Assembly: GCA_030750465.1 (NCBI GenBank)
Contig: JASMHZ010000002.1
Span: forward strand, 1,948-65,947
Reading direction: 5' to 3'
Length of the DNA stretch: 64,000 nucleotides
Source: Candidatus Peribacteraceae bacterium
GTDB lineage: Bacteria > Patescibacteriota > Gracilibacteria > Peribacterales > Peribacteraceae
In this document: piece by piece, positions 63,801 to 64,000 of the stretch
Position numbering within the stretch: the stretch's first letter is position 1
How the letters are laid out: each line of letters starts with the position of its first letter
Notes under the pieces: generated by a model
Database searches by the model: none
Told to the model about the DNA's origin: nothing
Seen by the model: only the letters and a program-made list of their open reading frames with translations
Position numbers and translations under genes: made by a program

Positions 63801-64000
63801 CATTTGATCCTGAGAGTGTTAATCCTGTTGAGCCTGTTCCCATAAGAATAACTGTTCCTGTTCCTGCGTTGAAGTTTCCTGAGGAGTACTGTGTCCAGCT
63901 TTCTGTTACTGCAAGATCGAATCCTACAACGCTTAGAGTTCCACCTGAAAGTACAACTGAACCGGAGATTCCCATTGGCTGCTGGAGAGAAATTGTTCCA
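54880..64000 (-). CDS. giant cell-surface protein (more than 3031 aa, 5' end beyond the window): LamG x3, Gly-rich beta-helix-like region, four Cna-B/SdrD-B-like modules, helical repeats, C-terminal TM anchor
   Basis: LamG-type modules each begin GLVGYWKFD(E/D)G(A/S)G and end (L/I)DDVRIYNRAL (about 63140-63790, 62200-62880 and 58545-59225). The GG-rich region lies at about 59950-61450. Modules with the words DGDGV.DAGE/DNDSTYDVGE lie at about 56750-58040. The TM tail is WLIALLLAAVNVEWWWMMW. The frame stays open upstream of the first listed Met. Confidence 0.85.
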   Translation of the reverse strand, partial: GTISLQQPMGISGSVVLSGGTLSVVGFDLAVTESWTQYSSGNFNAGTGTVILMGTGSTGLTLSGSNAFSNLTIDDGLVGYWKFDDGSGSTVARDSSRHGNHGTLTGMDADQDWILNTTPAGNTGTTFYNPYSLDFDGSDDYVDCGTDASLDIRDAITLSNWINVPSTSRPTFISSDPSSISNGYWLGGDRDISGNWLYLYLDGVFDLNVSEQMVYDQWLHIVGTWDGSTMTIYKNGVSVGSATGKTGSITNFQSCTIGKATNTYKTDGLIDDVRIYNRALSSSEVGSLANGNAYTGSGVYSLGSSLDINGDLSMYTGGISTNGLGLGLTVSGSWLNYGGQFVAGSGTITFDGTPDQANQEIIYENVGFNNLTLDNGLVGYWKFDEGAGTVARDSSANGNDGTLTNMDAEDWVDISAGTGTTNFYNPYALEFDGANDYVDGETIVADIAGASAFTFSTWFQQDVIDQFDGLFALAIDSSSDIRIYTYSDGSLWLEFGDGSGGYGVVDDYSPYVSAGSWHQLTVVFDGAASGNSNRLKLFINGSQVTIDTFSGTIGATLPAFTTQTAHIGNYDNKTRAFDGLLDDVRIYNRALAASEVANLANGNPSTGSGYYTLGASLDIAGDFANYTGNLVSSGSITMSGNWLNVGDFTHDGSGTVLFDGSNQTISGSTVFWKLQSTGSTADTLTFDYTARQNISGSLVLEGVDGGLLSVESSKSGSASKLLLDASAGTQILSYLDVKDNDASGGTTLAAGVNSTDSGNTTNWTYRLTRTWDAGGADTNWSTAENWTSDTVPTHDDNALFDGTGQTNVVIDTAAFANNFTVTDSFTGSLTISTPLSISGALTHSGTSTTGITWTQDEENDLHVVGNMDVNSGAYVTVARSSTSGNGSGQSIRVDGNLTVFGDGTGTGTITADEGGFGADSGPGANAVVGDRNGVSHGGRGGEHVKDNDAGDTYGSFTDPSSLGSGGIFGKAGGGAIILNVNGTITVDGLLSANGGASCGGSCSGAAGGSINITANTLTGAGVIKANGDASAYGGGGGGRIGLNGVTTNGFRGTLQANGGGSGRAGTVYFDATSRNHLVIGSSTGITTLRLGTDGTNNYTFGSITIQNDGTLELDADPQQNGGKGKVAKLLLTNAGTSLNVQLGGTLTANEFGFGAEDGPGWGTGNNSDRNGASHGGEGGDNGTAGGVGPVYGSVTNPEYLGSGGMYGTAGGGAIIISASGSVIVNGTMSANAASLTGSNGGDAGGSINIKTTVFTGSGTITANAGAASYGGGGGGRVAIVLSSGTDFSDVKIEAKGTTGNDDGAAGTVYLEDANDGSGGGELVIGNHGASTTAKTKLIHASHSGGVIVGSITLSGAAIFHVGTGVTLTAGGTGAVLDVQSGTEMTNSGTLVLGGTGNTISGTFKTELDGAGSTINYTGQTNDSGSTLIDTTYFNLGVNNAGTEFHLTGSITNLEVNGDLTMTGGTLKTTNAQTLTISGSWIDGGGAFSAGTGRVVLASLTGTRYLPGENYNNVNLAGASDTSFHIGGNVGIAGDLTITGGTLVTTNGQTITLSGSWIEAENGSFTAGTGTLLLDGTVDNGDSKTLSGSTFNNITLDNGLVGYWKFDEGAGTNARDSSANSNDGTLTNMDAEDWVDISAGTGTTNFYNAYALDFDGTDDYVSVSDSDLWDFGSQNFSISSWISIEDINAQHAIVSHGPDNDHLWEFLWRDSSQGVPGLNFWDYNTGFVVNFGENDASAYTQNTWFHVALVRNGSSWNMYRDATSVANTTDSDATTNYSSVLSIGRDSTDGQFRPFNGLIDDVRIYNRALSASEVANLNSGNPSTGSGYYTLGASLDIAGDLKNYTGNLVSSGSITMSGNWLNMGDFTHDGGGTVNFDGSDQTISGSTVFWNLTSTGSSNDTLKFDYTSRQSVSGALTLKGASANLLTLTTTKSGSASKLILDASAGTQDLQLLDVTDNDATGGSLLTPSGSTDSDNNTNWLFGYFTGTGDILGNVWYDKDYDGVKDAGETSGLTSVVIELTGNTITGAALTITGSTASTSGSYTLTPVYRSDSTGYTVSVSGATVSAGYRNTNFTSSGGNIVETGSTITINYGYSWYGTMSGVVFWDEDGDGVEDAGDTNAIIGATVTLTGSTVTGASLSLTAASTSTGAFSFYEVPASSGNYTISVTKGASHSVTLSNQNQNAMGTGTHMPSGTFLMKYRTGTGAINGKVWTDTDGDGVHDAGESDAFSGVSLRLSGTTTTGATLALTTQTDFVGTFAFSGAALSSLSGYSLLLTDSAGIIPSDYISTTYSTSGSIVVGTGSAITLEFGYIDESTVTGRAYEDADNDSTYDVGESYFPGREISVIGTSATGGAVSASGTTNSEGIYSISGLNISSGSYVIAIDPPSGYTARDANSASFTVTTAGSSETVDFRYSRTAAADTTTSSGDTGSHRGEGTNIGGGVDVANREITIVQVHASSPEEAEESEDAEDRRPTVTPRHEAVIDLAKRREERRESAEATKEQRIRDAERRIREMPDHAVSMIFNPAIPSVKIMPFVKPVSRIARKAIDQLAKRTATAFRGAGENIAGTSQLAFGKLKEGSDRIAESFRGAEENISGTTQIAFGGVKNAVGRVADAFRDAGVNIAGNYQIATDKIARDRRVALKKSELDSKGDQLAKRILFGFAKDQANDVIDRAAYRKDAAILFASEKLGKYGVVVVGTAKVLQDNLVHSAKYAGTQMAKGVNTVNRISDFVDTEAGLATKVAQESTKAILFAASDQAKRIAKYIDTKEDLTTKIASDSVKELGITFADKSIEVTKDAGVLLASKTLQNTKQIAGQFKDSLIIATDASEKGLKAVSRVSVAVSDEVTDTVLITKESIEFYGKRTAENTNALAWKAREYLKDHSKPIPEPRHFKTQIVRENNQTLLASLNIGVFTDMGNPYRRTPVVLFSTPKVAITNDEGMATFHKVEVGAHVIEIHKSGQQVEKRTFILEPPTLIEEERIDVIDVTLPSIHVIVNDPLYDKVNGGRGIHWMFWLIALLLAAVNVEWWWMMWRRRWRDI

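Noticed and set aside
1-64000. I asked whether the genome uses an alternative genetic code, with UGA recoded as in Gracilibacteria/SR1.
   Set aside because: - TGA terminates conserved genes at their expected ends (recA, rpsP, recG, fbp).
- No conserved gene needs read-through of TGA.
- The only in-frame stop seen is a TAA in an unknown ORF.

Overview
The gene content and style look like a small Patescibacteria/CPR-type chromosome segment; this taxonomic placement is an inference. The sequence is AT-leaning and uses the standard code, with TGA ending recA, rpsP and recG. I call about 58 CDS and 5 tRNAs: Pro-TGG, Ala-CGC, Phe-GAA, Ile-TAT and Val-TAC. I found no rRNA, CRISPR array, integrase, transposase or phage genes.

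Housekeeping genes are priA, recG, obg, dnaK (with a CIRCE operator), two GAPDH paralogs, an Endo IV-like gene, cca, rplI, secG, rpsP, a KH protein, a DciA-like protein, prmC, purA, nadK, fbp, mraY, dnaB and recA. Envelope and surface genes are two GT1 glycosyltransferases, an O-antigen-ligase-like protein, a PMT/TPR protein, VanW, an orphan family-5 solute-binding protein, a DUF11 protein with a sortase-like tail, a T4SS-pilin-like protein, and a surface protein of more than 3031 aa (LamG, Gly-rich, Cna-B-like) cut off by the right edge.

The most unusual content is non-coding. Almost every intergenic gap holds one of several structured repeat families:
- Purine-arm/pyrimidine-arm long hairpins, 7 copies between 43.6 and 54.9 kb.
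- A CAATCAACA scaffold carrying GC hairpins whose sequences all differ but always self-pair, 4 composite copies.
- A ~152-bp MITE with GTCTGAAC terminal inverted repeats, 3 copies. Two of them supply the final Val codon and stop codon of recA and rpsP.
- A 20-bp palindrome, 3 copies.
- GAATAGT-type and AGCTTTT-type tandem-word inverted arms.

Both four-helix-bundle genes (the 23S-rRNA-IVS-protein family) sit exactly between the two arms of such hairpin elements, and the two pairs of arms are unrelated in sequence. Four of the five tRNA genes are preceded by a decayed copy of their own 5' end. Two of those share an ~86-nt promoter cassette. Two tRNAs have 3'-end direct repeats that bracket small integrase-less islets.

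All coordinates and identities were read by eye. Repeat boundaries are good to a few nt, and no statistics were computed.
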